Of a stretch of 64,000 bases of DNA, positions 24,902 through 36,294 are shown piece by piece. The stretch is from Mobula hypostoma (taxonomy: Eukaryota). Every line of letters starts with the position of its first letter. Position 1 is the stretch's first letter. Location of the stretch: NCBI RefSeq assembly GCF_963921235.1, contig NC_086108.1, positions 65,412,001-65,476,000 of the forward strand, written 5' to 3'. Below the pieces are notes generated by a model. It searched no databases and had not been told where the DNA came from. It saw only the letters and a program-made list of their open reading frames with translations. A program made the position numbers and the translations under genes.

Positions 24902-26661
24902 ATACACCCCTAGCTAACCAATAATATTAAAGAGGATACAGAAAGTTTCTTCAGATACATAAAGTGTAAAAGAGAGGCAATATTGGGGGATATCGGACCA
25001 CTGGAAAACTATACTGGAGAGGTAGTAATGGGAACAAGGAAATAGTGGATGAACTGAATAAGTACTTTGCATTAGTCTTCACTGTGGAAGACACTAGCAG
25101 TATGTGGGAAGTTCCAGGCGTCAGTGGTCAAGAAGTGTGTGAAGTTACCATAACTAGTGTAAGGTCCTTAGAAAACTGAAAGGTCTGAAGGTAGATAAGT
25201 CACATGGACCAGATGGTGTACACCCCAGAGTACAGAAGGAGGTGGCTGAATACGTTGTGAAGGCATTAGTAATAATCTTACAAGGATCACTAGATTCTGG
25301 AATAGTTCCAGAAGACTGGAAAATTGCAAATATCACTCTTCTCTTCAAGAAGGGAGAGGGACAGAAGAAAGGAAATTATAGGCCAGTTAGTCTGACCTCA
25401 GTGGTTGGGAAGTTGTTAGAGTCCATTATTAAGGATGAGGCTTCGTGTACTTGGAGACACATGATACAGTAGGCTATAGCCAGCATGGTTTCCTCAAGGG
25501 AAAATCTTGCTGACAAATCTCTTGGAATTCTTTGAAGAAATAACAAGCAGGATAGACAACATCAACTGATTCTCTTTTGTAAACTTGGATTTTCAGAAGG
25601 CCTTTGACAAGGTGCCACACATGAGGCTGCTTAACAAGCTATGAGCCCATGATATTACAAGGAAGATCTGGCATGGATAAAGCAGTGGCTGATTGGCAGG
25701 AGGCAAAGAGTGGGAATAAAGGGAGCCTTTTCTGGTTGGCTGCCAGTGACTAGTGGTGTTCCACAGGGGTCTGTGTTGGAACTGACTCTTTTTACATGTT
25801 GTATCAATGATTTGGGTGATGGAATTGATGGCGTTGTTGTAAAGTTTGTAGGCAATACAAAGATAGGTGATGGGGCAGGTAGTTTTTAGGAAGTAAAGGG
25901 GCTACAGGATTTAGACGGATTAGGAGAATAGACAAAGAAGTGGTAGATGGAATACAGTGTTGGGAAATGTATTGTCATGCATTTTGGGAGGAGAAATGAA
26001 AGGGTTTTCTATTTTCTAAATGGAAAGAAAATGCAAAAATCTGAGTCGCAAAGAGACTTGGGAGTCCTTATGCAGGATTCCCTAAAGGTTAAATTGCAGA
26101 TTGAGTTTGTGGTGAGGAAGGCAATTGCGATTTTAGCATTCATTTGAAGAGGACTAGAATATAAAAGCAAGGATGTAATGTTGAGACTGGTGAGGCCTTA
26201 ATTGAAATATTGTGAGCAGTTTTGGGCTCCTTGCTGAAACTGGAGAGATTTCAAAGCTGGTTCACGAAATTCCTCCTCATCCCTATCCAGGATTGAACAG
26301 CTTGGTCAGACGAAGTGTGTTTGATGGCTCTGGGCCTGTATTCACTAGAATTCAGAAGAATGAGGGATGACCTCATAGAAAACTATTGAATGGTGAAAGG
26401 CCTTGATAGAGTGGATGTGGAGAGGATATTTCCTATGGTGGGAGAGTCTCACACCAGAGGACACAGCCTCAGAGTAGAGGGGCGTCCTTCGAGAACAGAT
26501 ATGAGGAGGAATTGCTTTAGTTAAAGAATGGGGAATCTGTGGAATTTGTTGCCATGGGCAGCTATGGAGGCCAAGTCTTTGTGCTCAGTATATTTACGGC
26601 AGAGGTTGATAGATTCTTGATTGGTCAGGGCGTGAAAGGACACGCGGAGAAGGCAGGAAAA

Positions 26662-27290
26662 AAGTCGGCGGGAGGAGAGAGAGGCAGTGTGCCGCGTGAG
26701 TGCAGCCCCCCGGTGAAAATTGATATTGTATCCGTTAAATAGGGGCCGTGGACAATTCTGATTTGACGGAGATGGAGGTGAAAGCACAGAGGAACATCTG
26801 GAAAAATTTCTGAAACGCTCGTTCGCTGCTGTTGTTACTGCACAGTCGGGAATCTTTCGGAGAGTAGGCCTCAAAATCCCAGGCTTTGCCTGCTGTTGGC
26901 GACTGAGATGGAGGTCGAATCGTTCGGATAGAGATGGCGCTCAGTACTCGGTGTCGGATTGCTGATCAGAGCTCAAAGTTTTCAGATGACTCAGAGTTGG
27001 ACCGTGCTCGGGTATGGCAGGGAGCGTTTTTCTTCCTTCTCCCGTCTGCGTGAGATGTGGGACATTTAAGAGACTTTGAACTTTTACTGTGCTCATGGAC
27101 TTCTTCATCAAGTTATGGTATTGTTGCACTGTTGTAACTATATGTTATAGTTATGTGGTTTTGTTAGTTTTTTCAGTCTTGGTCTGTCCTGTGTTTTGTG
27201 ATATCACACCGGAGGAAATATTGTATCATTTCTTAATGCATGCATTACTAAATGACAATAAAAGAGGACTGCGTGTCTTCATAATCTAAA
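26662..27290 (+). mobile_element. Young CpG-rich unclassified retroposon inserted in the CR1 3'UTR
   Basis: Interrupts the CR1 between aaggcagg and gctgagaggaaaaatgg; ends aataaaagaggactgcgtgtcttcataatct. Confidence 0.6.
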
Positions 27291-28515
27291 ATAGAGCTGA
27301 GAGGAAAAATGGATCAGCCATGATGAAATGGTGGAACAGACTCGATGAGCCAAATGGCCCAAGTCTCCTCCGATATCTTATGTTCTTTTGGTCTAAATTC
27401 ATTACTTGCAGGTGTTGGTATTCCCATATCCTTGATTCCTTGATGCTGTTGTGGTTGTGTGTTTGGGAGGTCCAGTCAGAGTAGCCATGTAACTGCAGTA
27501 TTTTAAGTGAATAAATGCTGAGGGCAGCAGATGAAATATAAGTCAAGCTGACTGCTTTGTAATGGATGGCATGAAAGTTCTTGGAGGTTATTGGTGATAC
27601 ACTCCTCTGGATAAACTGAGTGTATCATATTATACATCTGACATTTGCCTTGGAAACATGGATGACGGTATAACTGAGAACCCAGAAATACCATGCCTGA
27701 GTATTGTGTAGAATTTTGGTCTCCCTAACTAAAGCAGATATCCTTGGTGTAGAGCATGCAGTAAAGTGAATATGTTAGGCTTCTGATATTTAGAGCATAG
27801 AAATGTAAAAAGTGATCCCTGCAAAGTTCTATCTTTGCCATTTAATATTCCAGAAAATTTTGAGAATTGCACCTCTGTGATCCCATGTATTTAGCTTTAC
27901 AACTACTGGTTCTTATTAAATTCTACTGAGTTATTATTACATAAAATTTCATGATTTATGCTGGAGCTGTCTGATTCTGGAACAGAATTTGCTTTTTGGC
28001 TTATTTATTGAGCCATTGACTTGTTATGACTTCCTTGAAACAAAGGAATCAATTTCATCAGCATTACTATGAATCCAACATAAAGGACTACCAAAACTTA
28101 TGCCCAAACCACTTAGTGTAGAGCTGCATGATAAATGTTTCTGTTAGGGCTTGAGGAAACAAAATGACTTGCTGACACCTTTAGCCCTTACTAGAAAAAA
28201 CCTACACTTTTATAATCAGACGTGATTTTTAGGTACTTTATATTTTAAAATGATCTCAATTTCTGTTCTGTTTTGAAATTTATCCACAGAAGTAATGCTT
28301 TCACAAGCTGAATTTCATTCTTTTTTCCAATGTATATTTTCTCTGTGAGATACAGTAGATATTTGAGAAAGGTTTAAGTTTTTGTAATGCAGTTTATGTT
28401 AGATTTGTAACTAATGTTCTATGTATATTCAACCATCTGTTCTTTTCTAAAATCATTGTCGGCCCTATAGGAATCTGCTCCAGTCTCATTGAATATTTGT
28501 ACGGTCTATTTTTAG

Positions 28516-28581
28516 GTTTCAGAGAAGTATGAATTGATAAGGCCACCATCTCCATGGAATACTGAAAATTTTAGTCACCAG
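28516..28581 (+). CDS. PATJ: Probable PATJ cassette exon (22 aa)
   Basis: tatttttag|...CACCAG|gtaaat; 66 nt, phase 0->0, open: VSEKYELIRPPSPWNTENFSHQ. No recalled human equivalent. Confidence 0.6.
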
Positions 28582-29351
28582 GTAAATGTAGCTATTGAAA
28601 TGAGAATCAAATGGGATGTCCATATGTTGTGGACATAACACATTGTTTTTCTTTATAATATATAAAATATATATTCTATATAAAATATTTTGCTGTTGTC
28701 CCCATGATTTTCATGTCATCCTTAATTGTAAAATCTGTAAGCATACAAGAGCAGAGCTTGGTCTCTGCCTTTTTTAATGATGATCTTGAAACTATTGTAT
28801 GGGGACCAGTGGCTTTGGGTCTCACCAGTGGGCTACATCATTCAGCCAACAAAAATAATGTTGAGGACAAATTGTACTTTACATTTTGGCATCTCACAAA
28901 TTGTGTTTGACTGTTGAATGATATGCAGAGCATGCAGAATTATTGCAGCCAAAGGAACATCTGTTCTGAACTTAGCTTTACAGAGTATTGGTTTTGCACT
29001 GTATTGAATCTATACCAATTACACTGTGGTAATTTACACAGATGTGCACATGATTTTAATGTCACTGTAGCAATCCCAAATGAATAGTTTTGGCAATTAA
29101 AATTCAGAGAATTGGCCTTCATACAAATATGTTCACCATCTTTGACACAGATTGATGCAATGTTGGCAGAATTATGCAGACTTGCATAAAAATAACAGGT
29201 GTAGTACAATTGCAGTCTTAGTGGACAGAATTCGGTTATTAGAATGTCTGAAATACAGAACAGAAATCCTCTAAAATATTGTACTGATAAATTTGCTATT
29301 ATGATTTAAGAGAAATTAATATCGAAGTCATAAGTTAATATCTTTTTAAAG

Positions 29352-29483
29352 GTGGACATGGATACTGAGACAAATTCAGAACAAGATGAAATTGGGGAGC
29401 TGGCATTCTGGACATCAGATGTAAAAGTAATTGAGCTGCACAAAGGTTCAAAAGGTTTAGGTTTCAGCATCCTGGACTATCAG
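29352..29483 (+). CDS. PATJ: PATJ exon, start of PDZ5 (GLGF loop)
   Basis: ctttttaaag|...TATCAG|gtattt; 132 nt. VDMDTETNSEQDEIGELAFWTSDVKVIELHKGSKGLGFSILDYQ. Confidence 0.95.
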
Positions 29484-29841
29484 GTATTTTTCAATTTGTA
29501 TAATGTACTCCTTTAACAATTGTCTAAACACCATTCCTTGCAGATTGCAACAGATTTTTGTTTTTAACATAAGTTTTCATATATATTTGATAGACTAAAA
29601 ATGTTTTTCCAAGTGGTGACTGTAAGATGAGAAAATTGTGATAATGGAATAATTTTAGTACAACAATGGTTATATCTCCATAAGTACTAATAACAATTTA
29701 GCAGTGGCATTTATTTATTTTGTGATTGTTTTGTAAATTTTGGTTGTACAACTTTTAGCTTTCCCTTTCTCTAAAAGCTATTTTGAATCATTTTCATTTG
29801 CTTGATCAGTAACAGTCCAAAACACAACCTATCATATCTAG

Positions 29842-30142
29842 GCATCTGTTAGTCTCGTGAGACCATGGATTTGCGCCTAGGAAAGTTTCCAGGGCGCAGG
29901 CCTGGGCAAGGTTGTATGGAAGACTGGCAGTTGCCCATGCTGCAAGTCTCCCCTCTCCACGCCACCGATGTTTTCCAAGGGAAGGACACTAGGGCCAATA
30001 CAGCTTGGCACCGGTGTTGTCACAGAGCAATGTGTGGTTAAGTGCCTTGCTCAAGGACACAACATGCTGCCTCAGCTGAGGCTCGAACTAGCGACCTTCA
30101 GATCACTAGACTGATGCCTTAACCACTTGGCCACATGCCAAC
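29842..30142 (-). mobile_element. tRNA/CORE-type SINE with RTE-like tail
   Basis: Minus strand TGGCCAAGTGGTTAAGG (A box), GTTCGAGCC (B box), tgtgtccttgagcaaggcacttaacc core; imperfect TSD acaaYctatcatatMtag at 29824-29841 and 30141-30158. Confidence 0.8.
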
Positions 30143-30439
30143 AATCTATCATATATAGTCACATCAATTAATAAACTCACAGGAGGAGATGATGTTAAGA
30201 CCATCAAGCCTGTGTGGTAGTAGTCCAGCAGCTGATGACTGGGCACCAAGGCAAGTATCTACAACCAACTTCAGTAAAAATAACAAGGTTTCTGAAGTTC
30301 TTGCTATCATGGAATTTATTTTTATGCCATTTCAATTCACTTCACATGATTTCTAGAAGTGGCTGAGAGAACTAGATTTAGAAAGTGCTTTGGGATCTGA
30401 CAACATTTTGACTGTAGCATTGAAGACCTTTACCATAGA

Positions 30440-32888
30440 AATGGAGCGGGAGATTGCGGAGTGAGTTGGACTTTATGCGCCAGTTTTAAAAAAGCGAGCA
30501 GGGCTGTCAGGACATGTCTGTGGAGCAGGAGATTGTGGAGTGAGATGGAGACAGTTCCTTGTGGGCTTTACACACCAATTTTAAAAAGTGACTCGGGCCT
30601 GTCAGGACTTGTTGGCAGAGCTGAACGTTGCTTGGTTTAATAGTAAGTTAGCAAGGGTCAATTAAAAAGAAGTGAGGTTTAGGCAGAGTGACCATTGTGG
30701 GAGCAGTGATTGTTGGAGTGGATAGTGTTAGGGTGGTCATGCTTTGGCTCAATGAGTGTGTGTGAGAACAGGCGCAGGCTGGAGTTTAAGTTTGAGAAGT
30801 TAGAAAGTATAACGTGATGTTAGGGTGGTAGGTCAAGCAGTAGAATGCTCCTCCTATGAGGTGCAGGATTTCAGGGTAGCTATGGTTGCCCTGATGACTA
30901 CATCTGTAGGAAGTGAACCCAACTTCAGCACGACTAACAAGGTCAAAGGACTGGAGCTGGATACACTCAGGATGATCTTGGAAGCTGAGAGTTTCATAGA
31001 TGAAACTTTTATTGAGGTAGTCACATCCAGAGTGGATGCTTCAGATAGTATATTGGTGACCACCAGGAGAAGTAAAGGGAGTAAGCCCTCACTACTGGTT
31101 TCCCCTGTGGCTATTACTCTCGGCAACAAGTATACTCCCTTGGATACTGCTGGGGGTGGCGGGGGGAGGGGGTTGCCTATCAGACCTCAGCAGCAGCAGC
31201 CAGGCCATTGAGACTGCAGTTCGCTCTGAGGCTCAGCATGGAAGGGTAAAGTCAGGCAGATCATTAGTGACAGGAGACTTGATAGTTAGGCGGATGGACA
31301 GCAGATTCTGTGGCTGCGAAAGGGAAACCAGGATGGTGTATTGTCTCTCCGGGGCTATGGTCCAGATGTCTCAGAGCGGCTGCACGAGGTCACAAGGTTC
31401 TCAATAGGGAAGGTGAGCAGCCAGAGGTAGTGGTGTACATTGGCACCAATGACGTGTAGAAAGGGGGAAGAGGTTCTGCGCAGTGAGTATAGGGAGTCGG
31501 AAGAGGCTGAAGGCTGAAGAGCAGGATCTCCAACGTAGTAATCTTTGGATTACTGCCAGTACCATGCACAAGTCAGGGCAGGTGTTGTATGATGGTGCAA
31601 ATGTATGAATGGCTGAGGAAGTGGTGCAGGAGGGAGGATTTCAGACAACCGGATCATTGGGATCTATTCTGGGGAAGGTATGACCTGTACATAAAGCACA
31701 GGTTACACCTGAACCTGAAAGCAACTAATATCCTTGTAGGCAGGTTTGCTAGAGCTGTTGGGGAGGATTTAAACTAAGTTGACAGGGGAGGTGGGAACTG
31801 GAGTGATAGGTCTGAGGATGGGACAGGTGGCACATAAGTTGATGTATTGTGTAGTGAGACTGTGAGGAAGGACAGGCAGATGATAGGGCAAAATTGCAGT
31901 CAGTAGCATGTGGGCAGAATCAAAAAAGGTGACAAATACAGGACTTAAGGTGTTATATTTAAGGCACACAGTATAGGGGATAAGGTGGTGCAATTAGAGA
32001 TTGGCAGCTATGACACTGTGGGCATTACTGAGTTGTGGCTAGAAGAAGATCATAGTTAGGAGCTTAACACCCAAGGAAATGCCTTGTATCTAAGGGTCAG
32101 GTGGGTAGGCAGAGGGGGTGGGGTGGCACTGTTGTTAAAAAAATGAAAGCAAATCCTTAGAAAGAGGTGATATAAGATCAGAAGATGTGGAATCCTTGTG
32201 GGTACAGTTAAGTATATGGAAGGATAAAAAGACACTAACGGGAGTTATATGCAGGTCCTCGAACAGTAGCCAGAACGTGTAATACAAATTTCAACAGGAT
32301 ATGGAAAAGGCATGTAATAAGGGCAATATTATGATGGCCATGGGGGATTTCAAAACACAGGTAGATTGTGAAAATCAGGCCATCCATTATCCACTCTCAC
32401 CTTTCCTTTACTCCTTATATATCTGAAATCCATCAAGATGGATTTTTAGAGCAGCTTGTGGTTGAACCCAATAGGGAAAGGCAATTCTGAATTGGGTGTT
32501 TTGTGTAATGAACCATATTTGATTTGGGAGCTTAAGATAAAGGAACCCTTAGGAGACAGTGATAGAATTTACCTTGCAGGTTAAGAGGGAGAATATACTG
32601 TCAGATGTATCAGTGTTACAGTGGAGTGAAGGGAATTACAGGGGAGTGAGAGAGAAGCTAGCTAAAGTTGATTGGAAGGGGACACTAGCAGGGATGAATG
32701 AGGAACAGCAATGGCTAGAGTTTCTGGGACCAATTCGGAAAGTACGGGATAGATACATCTCAAAGATTTTTAAAGCTTTAAAAACCAACAGATGGCAACA
32801 AAAAAAACACAAAGAGAAAAAAGAGGAAATATGAAGATAAGGTAGACAATAATACCAGAAGTTTTTTTTTTCAGATATATAACGAGTA
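30440..32888 (+). mobile_element. CR1 5' half (5'UTR repeats, ORF1 zinc finger/SGNH esterase, APE), degraded
   Basis: LVTGDLIVR, HIGTND, DHWDLFWGRYDLY, IXELWL, MGDF motifs; continues at 36295. Confidence 0.85.
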
Positions 32889-35800
32889 AACATAGAACAT
32901 AGAATAGTACAGCACAGTACAGGCCCTTTGGCCCACAATGTTGTGCCGACCCTCAAACCCTGCCTCCCATATAAGCCCCCACCTTAGATTCCTCCATATA
33001 CCTGTCTAGTAGTCTCTTAAACTTCATTAGTGTATCTGCCTCCACCACTGACTCAGGCAGTGCATTCCACGCACCAACCACTCTCTGAGTAAAAAACCTT
33101 CCTCTAATATCCCCCTTGAACTTCCCACCCCTTACCTTGAAGCCATGTTCTCTTGTATTGAGCAGTGGTGCCCTGGGGAAGAGGCGCTGGCTATCCACTC
33201 TATCTATTCCTCTTATTATCTTGTACACCTCTGTCATGTCTCCTCTCATCCTCCTTCTCTCCAAAGAGTAAAGCCCTAGCTCCCTTAATCTCTGATCATA
33301 ATGCATACTTTCTAAACCAGGCAGCATCCTGGTAAATCTCCCCTGTACCCTTTCCAATGCTTCCACATCCTTCCTATAGTGAGGTGACCAGAACTGGACA
33401 CAATACTCCAAGTGTGGCCTAACCAGAGTTTTATAGAGCTGCATCATTACATCGCGACTCTTAAACTCTATCCCTCGACTTATGAAAGCTAACACCCCAT
33501 AAGCTTTCTTAACTACCCTATCCACCTGTGAGGCAACTTTCAGGGATCTGTGGACATGTACTCCGAGATCCCTCTGCTCCTCCACACTACCAAGTATCCT
33601 GCCATTTACTTTGTACTCTGCCTTGGAGTTTGTCCTTCCAAAGTGTACCACCTCACACTTCTCCGGGTTGAACTCCATCTGCCACTTCTCAGCCCACTTC
33701 TGCATCCTATCAATGTCTCTCTGCAATCTTTGACAATCCTCTACACTATCTACAACACCACCAACCTTTGTGTCGTCTGCAAACTTGCCAACTCATCCTT
33801 CTACCCCAACATCCAGGTCGTTAATAAAAATCATGAAAAGTAGAGGTCCCAGAACTGATCCTTGTGGGACACCACTAGTCACAATCCTCCAATCTGAATG
33901 TACTCCCTCCACCACCACCCTCTGCCTTCTGCAGGCAAGCCAATTCTGAATCCACCTGGCCAAAGTTCCCTGGATCCCATGTCTTCTAACTTTCTGAATA
34001 ATCTACCGTGTGGAACCTTGTCAAATGCCTTACTAAAATCTATATAGATCACATCCACTGCACTACCCTCATCTATATGGCTGGTCACCTCCTCAAAGAA
34101 CTCTTATCAGGCTTGTTAGACACGATCTGCCCTTCACAAAGCCATGCTGACTGTCCCTGATCAGACCATGATTCTCTAAATGCCTATAGATCCTATCTCT
34201 AAGAATCTTTTCCAACAACTTTCCCACCACAGACGTAAGGCTCACTGGTCTATAATTACCCGGACTATCCCTACTACCTTTTTTGAACAAGGGAACAACA
34301 TTCGCCTCCTTCCAATCCTCCGGTACCATTCCCGTGGACAACGAGGACATAAAGATCCTAGCCAGAGGCTCAGCAATCTCTTCTCTCGCCTCGTGGAGCA
34401 GCCTGGGGAATATTCCATCTGGCCCCGGGGACTTATCCGTCCTAATGTATTTTAACAACTCCAACACCTCCTCTCCCTTAATATCAGCATGCTCCAGAAC
34501 ATCAACCTCACTCATATTGTCCTCACCATCATCAAGTTCCCTCTCATTGGTGAGTACCGAAGAGAAGTATTCATTGAGGACCTCGCTCACTTCCACAGCC
34601 TCCAGGCACATCTTCCCACCTTTATCTCTAATTGGTCCTACGTTCACTCCTGTCATCCTTTTTTTCTTCACATAATTGAAGAATGCCTTGGGGTTTTCCT
34701 TTACCCTACTCGCCAAGGCCTTCTCATGCCCCCTTCTTGCTCTTCTCAGCCCCTTCTTAAGCTCCTTTCTTGCTTCCCTATATTCCTCAATAGACCCATC
34801 TGATCCTTGCTTCCTAAACCTCATGTATGCTGCTTTCTTCCTCCTGACTAGATTTTCCACCTCACTTGTCACCCATGGTTCCTTCACCCTACCATTCTTT
34901 ATCTTCCTCACCAGGACAAATTATCCCTTACATCCCGCAAGAGATCTCTAAACATCGACCACATGTCCATAGTACATTTCCCTGCAAAACCATCATCCCA
35001 ATTCACACCCGCAAGATCTAGCCTTATAGCCTCATAATTTGCCTTTCCCCAGTTAAAAATTTTCCTGTCCTGTTTGATTCTATCCTTTTCCATGATAATT
35101 ATAAAGGCCAGGGAGCGGTGGTCACTGTCCCCCAGATGCTCACCCACTGAGAGATCTGTGACCTGACCCGGTTAATTACCTAGTACTAGATCTAGCATGG
35201 CATTCCCCCTGGTCGGCCTGTCCACATACTGTGACAGGAATGCATCCTGGACACACTTAACAAATTCTGCCCCATCTAAACCCTTGGAACTAATCAGGTT
35301 CCAATCAATATTAGGGAAGTTAAAGTCACCCATGATAACAACTCTGTTATTTTTTGCACCTTTCCAAAATCTGCCTCCCAATCTGCTCCTCTGTAACTCT
35401 GCTGCTACCAGGGGGCCTATAGAATACCCCCAGTAGAGTAACTGCTCCCTTCCTGTTCCTGACTTCCAGCCATATTGACTCAAAAGAGGATCCTGCTACA
35501 TTACCCACCCTTTCTGTAGCTGTAATAGTATCCCTGACCAGTAATGCCACCCCTCCTCCCCTTTTTCCGCCCTCTCTATCCCTTTTAAAGCACTGAAATC
35601 CAGGAATATTGAGAATCCATTCCTGTCCTGGTGCCAGCCAAGTCTCTGTAATGGCCACTACATCATAATTCCATGTATGTATCCAAGCTCTCAGTTCATC
35701 ACCTTTGTTCCTGATGCTTCTTGCATTGAGGTACACACATTTCAGCCCTTCTACCTTACTGTCTTTACACCAGTTATTCTGCTTCTCTTTCCTCAAAGCC

Positions 35801-36294
35801 TCTCTGAATGTTAGATCTGGCTTTACTCCATGCACTTCTTTCACTGTTCTATCGCTCTGGGCCCCAGCCCCCTTGCAAATTAGTTTAAACCCTCCCGAAC
35901 CATGCTAGCAAACCTACCTGCAAGGATATTGCTCCTCCTCGAGTTCAGGTGCAACCCATCCAATCTGTACAGGTCCCACCTTCCCCAGAAGAGATCCCAA
36001 TGATCTAAAAATCTAAAACCCTGCTCCCCGCACCAACTCCTCAGCCACGCATTCAACTGCCATCTCCTCCAATTCTTTCCATCTCTGTCACGTAGCACTG
36101 GCAGCAACCCTGAGAACGTCACCCTTGAGGTCCTGTTCTTCAGCCTTCTGCCTAATTCCTGAAACTCACACTTCAGGACCTCATCCCTCTTCCTGCTTAT
36201 GTCGTTGGTCCCAACATATATCACTACTTCTGGTTGCTTTCCCTCTTGTACCAGGATGTCGTGCACCCGGTCAGAGACATCCCGGACCCTGGCA
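32889..36294 (-). mobile_element. Young, near-intact 5'-truncated CR1 (partial ORF1 esterase + complete ORF2 with ~4 frameshifts and 1 stop)
   Basis: ORF track segments 35880-36266 (VGTND esterase), 35347-35844 (YLNARS/AITETWL APE), 34093-34911, 33879-34088 and 32953-33726 (RT to C-terminus); (catagaa) tail. Confidence 0.95.

Larger units (their letters stand above)
24209..24911 (-). mobile_element. Non-autonomous RTE-type short element with 13-bp TSD and a nested tRNA-SINE
   Basis: TSD agctaaccaataa at 24196-24208 and 24912-24924; no recognisable protein ORF; structured GC-rich 5' end. Confidence 0.65.
23745..27395 (+). mobile_element. CR1 LINE ORF2 fragment + 3'UTR, carrying two nested insertions
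   Basis: [54 protein letters not shown]; resumes after the inserts at 24209-24911 and ~26662-27290. Confidence 0.9.
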
